Assembly: GCA_028712705.1 (NCBI GenBank)
Contig: JAQTPP010000001.1
Coordinates: 17,521 to 81,520, forward strand
DNA from: Candidatus Daviesbacteria bacterium
GTDB taxonomy: Bacteria > Patescibacteriota > Microgenomatia > Daviesbacterales > UBA10151
Reading direction: 5' to 3'
Length of the DNA stretch: 64,000 nt
The stretch's first letter is position 1; each line of letters begins with the position of its first letter. A program made the translations under genes and the position numbers. Of this stretch, positions 41,032-50,888 are shown in pieces. The notes beneath the pieces were generated by a model that worked only from the letters and a program-made list of their open reading frames with translations, did not search any database and had not been told where the DNA came from.

Positions 41032-42426
41032 ATGCCGATACTGAAAAAAACCATGTTTCGCGAATACGATATGCGCGGCCGCGAAGCGCCTGATGAGCTA
41101 AACGAGGATTCCATGTACTACATTGGCAGAGGTTTTGGGGCATTTCTTCAAAAACGTGGAATTACTGAGGCAGTGGTGGGGCATGATGCCAGAGGTACTT
41201 CTGAAAGTTTCCATAAGGCTGCTATTAAAGGTTTAACTGAAAGCGGTATTGATGTTATTGATACCGGCACAGTAACTACTCCGATGGGCTATTGGTCTCA
41301 ATATCACTTAAAAGTGAAAGGTTTGTTAACTGTAACAGCTTCTCACAATCCGGCGGGTTGGAACGGAGTGAAACTGGGATCTGATTTTTCATATACGCTT
41401 CTTACCGATGAGCTTCAGGAAGTCTACAACATTATTACCAAAGAAGAGTTTATAGAGGGTAAAGGTGCGATTAGAAAAGAAGATATATCAGAAGCTTACA
41501 AAAAAGATTTAGTTTCCAAGGTAGATATTAAAAAAAAGTTTAAGATTTTAGTAAATACCGGTAATGGTACGGCAGGACTTTTTGTACCTGAAATTTTGCG
41601 GGTAGCGGGGTGTGAGGTGGTAGAACATTTTACAAATGTTGATCCCGCTTATCCAAATTACACTCCCAATCCGGATGGAACTGCCATGATGGAGGATACC
41701 GCCAAACAAACAATAGCTAATAAATGTGATTTAGGATTTGCCTTTGACGGTGACGGAGACAGATTGGGATTGGTTGATGAAAAAGGCAATATTATTTGGC
41801 CGGATCGCTATATGATTTTATTATCAAGATTGGTTTTATCAAAGCGGCCAGGAGCCAAAATTATTTTTGATGTTAAGGTTTCAGAAGCTTTACCTGAAGA
41901 TATTAGTGCTCATGGAGGAATACCAATTATGTGGAAGACCGGACATTCTCACATTAAGGCAAAAATGCATGAGGAAAAAGCAGCACTGGCTGGTGAAATG
42001 AGCGGACACATTTTCTTCGCAGATGGTTATTATGGTTTCGATGACAGCATGATTGCGGCTTTAAAACTTTTGGAATATTTAGCCACACAAGATAAACCAT
42101 TGTCGGAAATTATTGATGATACTCCTTATTATATTTCCACTCCAACGATTCAGGTTAAAACTACAGACGAGGATAAATACGATATAGTAGATGAGCTAAC
42201 TTCAGAATTTAAAGCAGAGGGTTATAAAGTTGTAGATATTAACGGTGCCAGGGTTTATACGGATAAAGGATGGGCACTAGTGAGAGCCTCGTCTAATACA
42301 CCCACATTAGTATTGCGATTTGAAGCTAAAGATGAACAGGAATTGGAAAGGTTAAAAGAAATAATGAGAGGTAAACTCGAGAAATTCGATAAGGTTAGCA
42401 AAGAATGGGATATGAGTGGCCACTAA
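41032..42426 (+). CDS. Phosphomannomutase/phosphoglucomutase
   Basis: TASHNP, FDGDGDR, GEMSGH, RASSN. Confidence 0.95.
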   Translation: MPILKKTMFREYDMRGREAPDELNEDSMYYIGRGFGAFLQKRGITEAVVGHDARGTSESFHKAAIKGLTESGIDVIDTGTVTTPMGYWSQYHLKVKGLLTVTASHNPAGWNGVKLGSDFSYTLLTDELQEVYNIITKEEFIEGKGAIRKEDISEAYKKDLVSKVDIKKKFKILVNTGNGTAGLFVPEILRVAGCEVVEHFTNVDPAYPNYTPNPDGTAMMEDTAKQTIANKCDLGFAFDGDGDRLGLVDEKGNIIWPDRYMILLSRLVLSKRPGAKIIFDVKVSEALPEDISAHGGIPIMWKTGHSHIKAKMHEEKAALAGEMSGHIFFADGYYGFDDSMIAALKLLEYLATQDKPLSEIIDDTPYYISTPTIQVKTTDEDKYDIVDELTSEFKAEGYKVVDINGARVYTDKGWALVRASSNTPTLVLRFEAKDEQELERLKEIMRGKLEKFDKVSKEWDMSGH

Positions 42427-42474
42427 AATTTTTGAGGACTTGTCAAAGTAGATAGTTTATGGTTTACTAGTAAA

Positions 42475-42566
42475 TACATCAAGAGACCACGTTCAGTTTA
42501 CATGAACGTGGCGGCAACCGTTAAGTAACGGTGCCAGATCCGAGAGGAAGATGTGCCCTGAACGGG
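42475..42566 (+). ncRNA. SAM riboswitch (SAM-I/IV-like)
   Basis: P1 TACATC/GATGTG, AUCAAGAG, GGCAACC...GGUGCC, GAAGAUG core directly upstream of metK. Confidence 0.85.
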
Positions 42567-42575
42567 AAAACTTTT

Positions 42576-42599
42576 AATCCCGCCATGGCGGGATTTTTT
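42576..42599 (+). terminator. Riboswitch-associated intrinsic terminator
   Basis: AATCCCGCC-AT-GGCGGGATT-TTTT immediately before the metK ATG. Confidence 0.75.
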
Positions 42600-42600
42600 A

Positions 42601-43710
42601 ATGGCAAATAATATTACTACATTTACATCTGAGTCGGTTTGCGCCGGTCATCCGGATAAAATTTGCGACCAAATCTCCGATGCAATTTTAGATGAGGTTT
42701 TAAAACAAGACCCAAAAGGCCGTACTGCTGTTGAATGTCTGGCAGGGGATGACCGGTTAATTATTGCCGGAGAGATAGGGAGTAGCGCTAAAGTAGATTT
42801 TCAAAAAGTTGCTAGGGAGCAGATTGGAAGATTAGGTTACACCGACCCTAGTTTTGGATTTAGCGATAAATCCCCGATTAATTGTTTCCTTCATCAACAA
42901 TCTCCCGAGATTGCGATTGGTGTCAAGAAAAAAGGGGCCGGTGATCAAGGAATGATGTTTGGATTTGCTTGCAGGGAAACTGTACATCTGATGCCTCTGC
43001 CAATAATGATAGCCCACGCCCTAGCCAGGAAGATTGATAGCGTTAGGGAAGATGGTGTCTTGCCATATCTTCGGCCTGACGGGAAAAGCCAGGTTACAGT
43101 TGAGTATAGGAACGGAATTCCTGTTGGAATAAATCAGGTGGTAATTGCAGCTCCTCACAAAGAGTCGGTGCAACTATCACAGGTGAAGTTAGATATTTTT
43201 AAAACAGTTGTGAAGCCGGTTTTGGAAGGCTTTGGCTTTAAAATTTCTATCCGTGATTTAATAGTTAATGGAACAGGAGTGTGGCATAATGGAGGACCCT
43301 CGTCTGATTGTGGATTAACAGGCAGGAAAATTGTGGTGGATACTTATGGAGGGTATGCCAGAGTTGGTGGAGGATGTTTTTCCGGAAAAGAGCCGTCAAA
43401 AGTAGATCGGGGAGGTGCTTATGCGGCCAGGTTTTTGGCAAAAAATGTAGTGGCGCAAAAGTTAGCAGACAAAGCAGAAGTAAGACTCGCTTATTTTATC
43501 GGTGCCAAAAAACCCACCATGCAGGAGGTGGAAACTTTTGGGACTGCCAGGAAAAGTCAAAAGGTAATTAAGAATTTCATGTCAAAAATTCTGGATACAT
43601 CTGTGGCAGGAATTTTAGAGGGTTTGGATTTACAAAGACCAATTTATTTGCCGACTGCAGCTTACGGTCACTTCGGCCGGGAAGAATTCCCCTGGGAAAA
43701 AATAGTTTAG
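42601..43710 (+). CDS. metK: S-adenosylmethionine synthetase
   Basis: FTSESV..GHPDK, GAGDQG, GLTGRK, GGG.FSGK. Confidence 0.98.
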   Translation: MANNITTFTSESVCAGHPDKICDQISDAILDEVLKQDPKGRTAVECLAGDDRLIIAGEIGSSAKVDFQKVAREQIGRLGYTDPSFGFSDKSPINCFLHQQSPEIAIGVKKKGAGDQGMMFGFACRETVHLMPLPIMIAHALARKIDSVREDGVLPYLRPDGKSQVTVEYRNGIPVGINQVVIAAPHKESVQLSQVKLDIFKTVVKPVLEGFGFKISIRDLIVNGTGVWHNGGPSSDCGLTGRKIVVDTYGGYARVGGGCFSGKEPSKVDRGGAYAARFLAKNVVAQKLADKAEVRLAYFIGAKKPTMQEVETFGTARKSQKVIKNFMSKILDTSVAGILEGLDLQRPIYLPTAAYGHFGREEFPWEKIV

Positions 43711-43976
43711 TTTACTGTAAATTGCGGAAAGTTTTTAAGTTTACCTTCAATTACAACTACTTTTTCTACCCGCGCTAAGGGTGGTCCAATGTGACACCAT
43801 TTGACAAATTCATCTAAGTTTTTCTTTTTTCCTTCTGCTTCAATTAAAACCGATCCATCAGGCTGATTTTTGGCAAATCCTTTTATTCCTAACTGATCTG
43901 CTTTTTCTTTGGCAGTGGCCCGGAAAAATATTCCTTGGACAATTCCATATATTTTAATGTTCAAATGTTTTTTCAT
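43707..43976 (-). CDS. acyP: Acylphosphatase
   Basis: G.VQG.FFR, G.A.N..DGSV...EG, GPP.ARV. Confidence 0.93.
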   Translation of the reverse strand: MKKHLNIKIYGIVQGIFFRATAKEKADQLGIKGFAKNQPDGSVLIEAEGKKKNLDEFVKWCHIGPPLARVEKVVVIEGKLKNFPQFTVN

Positions 43977-43985
43977 AAGCCTTCC

Positions 43986-44064
43986 GTCATTGCGAGGAGT
44001 CTTACGACGAAGCAATCTTGGTTAATAATCAATATAGATTGCCACGCTAATTGCTCGCAATGAC
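43986..44064. repeat. Inverted REP/RPE-like doublet
   Basis: GTCATTGCGAG...GCAATCT/AGATTGC...CTCGCAATGAC. Confidence 0.85.
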
Positions 44065-44077
44065 AATTAAAATGACC

Positions 44078-44863
44078 CTAAGAAAATTCTAATATCATCG
44101 GTAGATGATCGGAAATTTCTACTTCAGGCACTTCAAAGCTTTTTACATTTACATCGGGTGAAACAAAAATATAATCTGCAAATTTTTGAAACCCAGGTTT
44201 TTTGAAGTAAGGGCTTAAATCACTTCTGGTTTTTTCAATATTAAACTGTTTAATTAAATTTTTCATATCCCTTTCAAGAATTTTGATACTCTCGGTTTGA
44301 GGTAAAAGATTCAAATCTCCGGTTAAGATCTTTGCTCCTGATTTTCTTTTTAAGAAATTATTAATTTTCATGGATTGTTCAAGTCTTTGTTTGGTGTCTA
44401 ATTTAGAGCCAGGGAAAGAAGTACCATGAATATTACAAATAATGTAAGACTTGTTATCGATAATTAAATTAATGCATTGCAAAGCAACAGGGAAATTAGA
44501 AAAATCTGTCTTTAAGATTTTTTCAGATCCATCTCCGCTAATTGGCAGTTTTTCAAAGGAGTGAACATTAATATCTTTGCGAATAAAGGTTGCTTCGCCT
44601 ACAGTTAAGTCAAAATCCACAGGATTTGGATTAGAGTCATAACCACTAAATTCCGGAGTATAGAATACTTGAAAATCAGGTAAGATTTGTTTTAATTCCT
44701 CCAGCAAATTAGCCCTAATGTTGTGAAATTGTTTTACAGAAGTTGTGGTGTTGTAAATTTCCTGAAAGCAAAAGATATCGCTGTCCCGGGAATAGTTTTT
44801 AATAAAGGCGACTAGGGGTTGATAAATTTTTCCGCCCCAGGTATTTAAAGAAATTAGTTTCAT
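44078..44863 (-). CDS. Endonuclease/exonuclease/phosphatase (EEP) family protein
   Basis: ISLN, DIFCFQE, GDLN, DYIFVS, SDHLP. Confidence 0.9.
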   Translation of the reverse strand: MKLISLNTWGGKIYQPLVAFIKNYSRDSDIFCFQEIYNTTTSVKQFHNIRANLLEELKQILPDFQVFYTPEFSGYDSNPNPVDFDLTVGEATFIRKDINVHSFEKLPISGDGSEKILKTDFSNFPVALQCINLIIDNKSYIICNIHGTSFPGSKLDTKQRLEQSMKINNFLKRKSGAKILTGDLNLLPQTESIKILERDMKNLIKQFNIEKTRSDLSPYFKKPGFQKFADYIFVSPDVNVKSFEVPEVEISDHLPMILEFS

Positions 44864-44879
44864 AAGACTATGGATATTG

Positions 44880-44950
44880 TCGGGGAGGGGAGAATCGAAC
44901 TCCCGATGCCGCACCCCCAGCGCGGCGTGTTGCCACTATACTACTCCCCG
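44880..44950 (-). tRNA. tRNA-Pro(GGG), CCA not encoded
   Basis: Reverse complement folds as a cloverleaf: CGGGGAG/CTCCCCG acceptor, CCGCG-CTGGGGG-TGCGG anticodon arm, GTTCGATTC T loop. Confidence 0.95.
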
Positions 44951-45084
44951 CCTTCGTCAAGGCTTTGGCGGGCAAGCCCGTTTTTTGCCTTAGACTTATG
45001 GTATTTTATCAGGTTAAAGACCAATACTCTATATAATCATTTTGGGGGATTGATATTTGGGAAATATTTGGTAATCTTGAACAT

Positions 45085-46146
45085 ATGGTACATAACGACG
45101 ATGCTAAGAAAGCCGCGATTTCAGCTGCAATGGCTCAAATCCAAAAACAATACGGCACAGGTTCCATTATGCGCTTGGGTGAGCGGGTTGAAAAATTCGC
45201 CACGGAGGTTATCTCAACAGGCTCTCTTGCTTTGGATTTAGCACTGGGTGTTGGCGGTTTGCCAAAGGGTAGGATTGTAGAAGTCTATGGCCCGGAAGCA
45301 GGCGGAAAGACGACGGTTACCCTGCATGTGATTGCTGAGGCTCAGAAAAAAGGTGGAGTGGCGGCATTTGTTGATGCTGAACATGCTTTGGATCCCCAAA
45401 GGGCGCAGAAGATCGGAGTTAATTTAGACGATCTTTTAATTTCTCAACCGGATACCGGCGAACAGGCTTTGGAGATTGCCGAAAGCTTAATCCGTTCCGG
45501 CGGAATAGATGTTTTGGTGATAGATTCTGTGGCGGCACTGGTACCCAGATCTGAATTGGAAGGAGAAATGGGAGATTCTTCTATGGGTGTGCAAGCCCGT
45601 TTAATGTCGCAAGCCCTTCGAAAATTAACCGGAGCTGTTTCTAACACCAACACAATCGTTATTTTTACCAATCAATTAAGACAAAAAATTGGAGTGATGT
45701 TTGGTAATCCGGAAACTACTACAGGAGGATTGGCCTTAAAATTTTATGCTTCTATCCGCCTGGATATCAGAAGGATTGAAAATATAAAAGATGGAGATGT
45801 GGTTGTGGGTTCTCGACACAGGGTTAAAGTTGTCAAAAATAAGGTTGCTCCCCCATTTCGGATTGCAGAATTTGATATGGATGAGAATGGAATATCTCAT
45901 GAAGGTGAACTTTTGGATGTAGGGATAGAACTGGGAATTTTAACAAAGTCCGGCGCATTTATAAAATGGGGTGAAAAGCTACTGGGTCAAGGGAGACCCG
46001 CATCAATAATTTTCCTGAAAGAAAACAAAAAAGAAGCGCAAAATTTGGAAAAAGAAATAAGAGAAGCCTGGGGTAAACAAAAAGAAGGCAAGGAAAAAAT
46101 TGTAGTTGGGCAAGAAGAACCAGTTTTGGCAGAAGCAGCAGTATAA
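45085..46146 (+). CDS. recA: Recombinase A
   Basis: [30 protein letters not shown]. Confidence 0.99.
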   Translation: MVHNDDAKKAAISAAMAQIQKQYGTGSIMRLGERVEKFATEVISTGSLALDLALGVGGLPKGRIVEVYGPEAGGKTTVTLHVIAEAQKKGGVAAFVDAEHALDPQRAQKIGVNLDDLLISQPDTGEQALEIAESLIRSGGIDVLVIDSVAALVPRSELEGEMGDSSMGVQARLMSQALRKLTGAVSNTNTIVIFTNQLRQKIGVMFGNPETTTGGLALKFYASIRLDIRRIENIKDGDVVVGSRHRVKVVKNKVAPPFRIAEFDMDENGISHEGELLDVGIELGILTKSGAFIKWGEKLLGQGRPASIIFLKENKKEAQNLEKEIREAWGKQKEGKEKIVVGQEEPVLAEAAV

Positions 46147-46155
46147 TATTCTTCC

Positions 46156-46833
46156 ATGCCAAAAATTACTTCAGTAGAGCCACAGAGAAGATCCGCCAGC
46201 CGGCGGACAAAAAGATTTAATGTTTTTTTAGATGGAATATTTGCTTTTGGGGCAGATGAAGATTTGGTGGTTAACAGAAGACTGGTAGTAGGGAAAGTCA
46301 TCACTCCGAATGATCTGGAGAAGATTTTATTTGAGGCAGAGGTGGGAAAACTAATGGAGCGGATGTATAGATGGTTTAGTTTGAGACAACATTCAGAAAA
46401 AGAAGTCAGAGATTATTTTAAAATTAAGAATCAACAATCAAAAATCAAGGGTAAGGAGCAAATAAGTCAGTTAACAATAGATGCTTTAGTGGAAAATTTA
46501 AAGAAAAAAGGCATGATAAATGATTTGGAATTTACTAAAGCCTGGGTGGAGGCAAGAAGAAAAAGTAAAAATTTAGGAATAAGAGCTTTAAGAATGGAAC
46601 TTTATAAAAAGGGAATTGATAAGGAAATTATTGAGGAGGTATTGAGTGAGCCTTTCGACTTCACTCAGGGCGAGGAAGAATTAGCAAAGCAAGCTCTTGA
46701 AAAGAAAATGAGAGTTTGGAAAAACTTAAACCATTTGGAATTTAACAAAAAGGCCTATGAATTCTTAGCAAGAAAAGGTTTTGAATATGAGGTAATTAAA
46801 GAGACAATTGAAAAGTTGGCGGGAAAAGAGTAA
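46156..46833 (+). CDS. recX: Regulatory protein RecX
   Basis: Follows recA; R.HSEKE, IND..F...WV, EL..KGI, FLARKGF. Confidence 0.9.
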   Translation: MPKITSVEPQRRSASRRTKRFNVFLDGIFAFGADEDLVVNRRLVVGKVITPNDLEKILFEAEVGKLMERMYRWFSLRQHSEKEVRDYFKIKNQQSKIKGKEQISQLTIDALVENLKKKGMINDLEFTKAWVEARRKSKNLGIRALRMELYKKGIDKEIIEEVLSEPFDFTQGEEELAKQALEKKMRVWKNLNHLEFNKKAYEFLARKGFEYEVIKETIEKLAGKE

Positions 46834-47033
46834 AATATATTTGGAGAATCAAATAGAGTGAGTTAATATATTATGAAAATAATTCTCAGCAGTTTAATAC
46901 TCCCTCTAAACTTCGTTTAACGAGGTCTTTTTCTGATTTTTCTAATAAATAGTAAAAAGGTAAAATTGGACTTTTCGTGAGATTGAGATAATTTGTAGAA
47001 AAGGGTAATTCAGAAAAGTCCAAGAAAAAAATT

Positions 47034-48362
47034 ATGCAAAGAACATTTGGACCGATTAGATCTGGTGATGGCGGGGATTTCATTAAGCAAGAAGCAGAAC
47101 TAGCCAAACGTGAAGGTATTTTAGAGGAAAGAGAGCGGCAAATTGCTGAAAAGCAAAAGCTGATTGATGAGAAACTTGAGCAGTTGGAAAAGATCAGGAA
47201 AGAACTGGTTTCCAAACTGGAAAAAGTTTCTTTTGTGTCCAAAGATGAAGCACAAAAAATACTGCTAGAAAATTTAGATCAAGAATTAGCCAGCGAGATT
47301 TCCAAAAAAATAAAAGAAGCAGAAGAAGAAATTAAGCTGCGCTCCGATGAAAAAGCTAAAGAGGTTTTAGCCGATGCTATGTTACACGGAGTAACAGACT
47401 ATATATCCGAATTTACAACTTCTAAAGTGAAACTTCCTGATGAGGAAATGAAAGGGAGAATTATTGGCAAAGAAGGCAGGAATGTTAGGACGTTTGAACA
47501 AGTTACCGGTGTTGATGTGGTAATGGATGATGAGATATCGGATACATTAATTCTGTCATCCTTTGATCCGGTTCGCCGTGAAATTGCCAGAGTTTCGCTT
47601 GAACGCTTAATGGAAGACGGGAGAATTCAACCGCAGCGAATTGAGGAAATTGTTGAGAAAACGAAAGAAGATGTTAATAAACTAATGCGTCAGGCAGGGG
47701 AAAAACTTTGCCATGATGTTGGAGTTTATAATTTGCAGGTTGAGTTGGTAGATCTGGTTGGAAGATTCAAATTCCGGTATTCCTACGGACAAAATTTGAT
47801 TCAACACACGCAAGAGGAAACACAAATCGGTATTGCACTGGCAAAAATGATCGGGGCAGACGTGAATGTGGTTCGACTCGGATGTTTATTACATGATATC
47901 GGTAAAGTGGTGATTGAAGGAGACGAGGGTACTCATGTCGATAAAGGTGTGCAACTGGCAAAGAAATTTGGATTACCGGAAAAAGTCGTGAGTTGTATAG
48001 CCGAACATCATGAAGATAAGCCATTTTCATCTGTTGAATCCACAATAGTTTATATTGCTGATGCTATTTCTGGAGCTAGACCGGGTGCAAGACATGAGAA
48101 TGTTGAGGATTACATTAAGAGAATGGATGATATAGAACAAATTGCGCTGTCTTTTGAAGGGGTTGAAAAAGCATTCGCTGTACAGGCCGGCAGGGAAGTT
48201 AGGGTGATTGTGACTCCAGAGAGAATTTCTGACGACGAATTGCCAAAACTGGTTCACGATATAGCGGAGAGAATCTCCAAAGAAGTGATGGTTCCCGGGG
48301 CGGTAAAGATAACAGCAATTAGGGAAACCCGTTATGTTGAAAGCACAATGACAACTCCTTAA
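47034..48362 (+). CDS. rny: Ribonuclease Y (no N-terminal TM)
   Basis: KH domain MKGRIIGKEGRNVR, HD motif LLHDIGK, ADAISGARPGAR. Confidence 0.96.
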   Translation: MQRTFGPIRSGDGGDFIKQEAELAKREGILEERERQIAEKQKLIDEKLEQLEKIRKELVSKLEKVSFVSKDEAQKILLENLDQELASEISKKIKEAEEEIKLRSDEKAKEVLADAMLHGVTDYISEFTTSKVKLPDEEMKGRIIGKEGRNVRTFEQVTGVDVVMDDEISDTLILSSFDPVRREIARVSLERLMEDGRIQPQRIEEIVEKTKEDVNKLMRQAGEKLCHDVGVYNLQVELVDLVGRFKFRYSYGQNLIQHTQEETQIGIALAKMIGADVNVVRLGCLLHDIGKVVIEGDEGTHVDKGVQLAKKFGLPEKVVSCIAEHHEDKPFSSVESTIVYIADAISGARPGARHENVEDYIKRMDDIEQIALSFEGVEKAFAVQAGREVRVIVTPERISDDELPKLVHDIAERISKEVMVPGAVKITAIRETRYVESTMTTP

Positions 48363-48458
48363 TGAGATTCTTCGTCGGCTTAATGCCTTCTCAGGACGAA
48401 GCAAAGCTTCGTTTTGGGGCTTGATAAAAGGCAAAACATCTGGTAATTTATCAGTTGT

Positions 48459-48731
48459 ATGACTAAGAACGAGCTTATTGAAAAAGTTGCCAAGAAAGCA
48501 AATCTTACAAAAAGAGCTTCTGCCGATGCAGTCAACAGTACTTTTAATTTAATCAGAGATGGTCTAGTCCGAGGCGAAAAGGTAGTTATAACCGGTTTCG
48601 GGACATTTCTAATAAGATCTCGGGCTGCGAGACGTGGCAGAAATCCACAAACAGGTGAAACTATTCAGATTCCTAATAAAAAGACCCCGGGATTCACTGC
48701 TGGCAAAACCCTAAAAAGACTTATTAAATAA
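48459..48731 (+). CDS. hup: DNA-binding protein HU
   Basis: GFGTF, R.GRNPQTGE.I.IP, P.F.AGK.LK. Confidence 0.97.
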   Translation: MTKNELIEKVAKKANLTKRASADAVNSTFNLIRDGLVRGEKVVITGFGTFLIRSRAARRGRNPQTGETIQIPNKKTPGFTAGKTLKRLIK

Positions 48732-48747
48732 CTCTGTTATCATTTTT

Positions 48748-49668
48748 ATGACTAGAGTTTTAAATTCCTTTAAAGTCCGAGCAGGTAACAAAATCCTTGA
48801 TTATCGTTTGGGAGAAAAATTAAATCTCAATCAGGTAAAGCTATTTTTTCAAAAAAATTATCAGGTAAAAAAACTGTGGAATGGAAGCAGGCATGTGCTG
48901 GGGATTTTAACCAGGAATAATGTGGACTATTTCCTGAAATTGTCAACCAGCGAAGGAATTAGCATTTTTACAAAAAATGAACATAAATGGAATGATTATT
49001 TTAATGAATATACCAAAGTAAATAATTACCTTGTCCCCAAAAATCATGGTAGAGGTTATTTTCAAAAGAAATATTTTTATCTGATAACAGATTATTTTGA
49101 TGGTAAATTAATTTGTGAAATCAATGGGGATGTTAATAATCTGGTTGTACATATTGATGATATTATTTTACTTTCCGAGTTAATACAAAAAATGCCTGTA
49201 GTTGAAAGTGATTACAGAATGCGATTCATCAACAAAGTAAATAGCTGGTTTAACGATATTCCAAGTAGCATTTGCAAGAGGTATAAAGTTAAAACTCTTT
49301 TGGATATTGCTGAAAAAGGAGTAGATGGATTATCCAGCAAGCCTAGACATGGGGATTTTACACCCTGGCATATTATTAAGTTGTTTGATCATAGGCTTGG
49401 ACTGATTGATGGAGAGCATTTTTTACCGGATGGTGTTGAAAATTATGATATCTGTTTCTTTATACAAAGAGTTTTTTCTGTATTAAAAAATCCGATCGTT
49501 GCCCGGAATATTTATTCCCAATTATTGATTAAAGGATATAAGAAAAACAAATTAAAAACGGTTTTAGCAGCCAGGGCCATTGGAGGATTTTTAGATGAAT
49601 CATTGATTGAAAAATCCGAATATAATTTCGCCAGTAGATTTAAAGATTGGGTAATGCAGCTTGACTAA
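48748..49668 (+). CDS. APH/choline-kinase-like phosphotransferase
   Basis: YFLK, HGDFTPWH (Brenner-like motif), LIDGE. Confidence 0.75.
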   Translation: MTRVLNSFKVRAGNKILDYRLGEKLNLNQVKLFFQKNYQVKKLWNGSRHVLGILTRNNVDYFLKLSTSEGISIFTKNEHKWNDYFNEYTKVNNYLVPKNHGRGYFQKKYFYLITDYFDGKLICEINGDVNNLVVHIDDIILLSELIQKMPVVESDYRMRFINKVNSWFNDIPSSICKRYKVKTLLDIAEKGVDGLSSKPRHGDFTPWHIIKLFDHRLGLIDGEHFLPDGVENYDICFFIQRVFSVLKNPIVARNIYSQLLIKGYKKNKLKTVLAARAIGGFLDESLIEKSEYNFASRFKDWVMQLD

Positions 49669-50888
49669 AAGGGGTTTTTTGAAAGGTTAGTCATGAAGAA
49701 TAGTTTAACAAGGTCTCTTGGGATGGGCAGCCCTGTTAGGAAAGGGAAAATTAAAATAAAGCTAAGTATTATTAAAAATAGAAGTAAGATAACTAACTTC
49801 CGCCCTTTTTCATCATTAAGCAGTGTATTCAGTTGGTATCCTAAGGCAAGAGACAAAAAAGGTACGGAAGGGCTGAAGTGGTATAAAAACATGATTCTGG
49901 GAGAGGCCGCCCAAGGTAACCAAAAGACAAGAAACCCTAAAAGAACTATCATTAAATGTATGGATCTTTTTTTAACTGTCTCCCAAGTGGTTGCTAAAAT
50001 AGCAATACTCCCCGTCCAGAAAACCAAAGGATTTCCTGAAGCAAAGATATTGGCAATGGAGTTTTTTTGATAATCCACAAAATACCAGACAGGATATAAA
50101 TTTAGCGGCCACGACCACCAAGGTGAAGAATAAGGATGAGTAGCTTCCAGGTGAGTTTGGTACCACCAGATTTGGTTGTGTAGCTCAATAAAATCATTCC
50201 AGTTGTAACCCATTAAAAAATAATGGGTATAACTTAAAAGATAGACAGTCGGAGGAATTAAGAAGAAATAGATTAGTTTTTTATACTGGCGACGGTATAA
50301 CAGGATTGGAAAAAACATTAATACTAAAAAAACTCCGGGCCATTTAGTAGCCATCGCTACTCCCATAAAAAGAGCTGCAATAATATATCTTTTTTGGACG
50401 AAGAAAATAATGCTTGCTAAAATAAAGGCTACCAAATAAACATCGTTCATGCCGATCCTGGATTGCACAAAAACCAGCCCATCAAGAGAGAAAATTAGAG
50501 CAGATAAAAGAGCTGCTGCTTCATTTTTAAATAAGATTAATGCAAGTTTGTATACCAAAAATACCGATAAAATTCCAAGCAATGCTCCCGGCAGTCTGTA
50601 AGCCCAAACATCAGTGGTACGAAAGATAAACATTGATGCAGCCATCATTTCTTTCTCGACAGGAGGATGCAACCACTCAAAAGCGACCCCAGGGAGAGAT
50701 TTACCCCAAGGACTCCAGGCATCCCTATTTCCTTTTAAGTACTCTTTTGCGGTATATGCATGGTATACCTCATCGAAGACATATTTGTTTGGATAATCAA
50801 GTCGATACAAACGCAAAAAGGCTGTTAGCAATAAAATAAGTACCAAGATAACTTTAGGTTTTTTAAGTATTTTGATTCTGTTTAACAT
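49665..50888 (-). CDS. Protein O-mannosyltransferase-like GT-C enzyme (PMT family)
   Basis: VFDEVYH, HPP, HPYSSPWWSWP, GNP, FLYH motifs; multi-TM. Confidence 0.88.
   Translation of the reverse strand: MLNRIKILKKPKVILVLILLLTAFLRLYRLDYPNKYVFDEVYHAYTAKEYLKGNRDAWSPWGKSLPGVAFEWLHPPVEKEMMAASMFIFRTTDVWAYRLPGALLGILSVFLVYKLALILFKNEAAALLSALIFSLDGLVFVQSRIGMNDVYLVAFILASIIFFVQKRYIIAALFMGVAMATKWPGVFLVLMFFPILLYRRQYKKLIYFFLIPPTVYLLSYTHYFLMGYNWNDFIELHNQIWWYQTHLEATHPYSSPWWSWPLNLYPVWYFVDYQKNSIANIFASGNPLVFWTGSIAILATTWETVKKRSIHLMIVLLGFLVFWLPWAASPRIMFLYHFSPSVPFLSLALGYQLNTLLNDEKGRKLVILLLFLIILSFILIFPFLTGLPIPRDLVKLFFMTNLSKNPF

Noticed and set aside
44870-45241. 123-aa ORF upstream of and overlapping recA, and the 79-aa ORF at 55257-55496
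   Set aside because: Antisense shadows of tRNA-Pro and rnpB respectively
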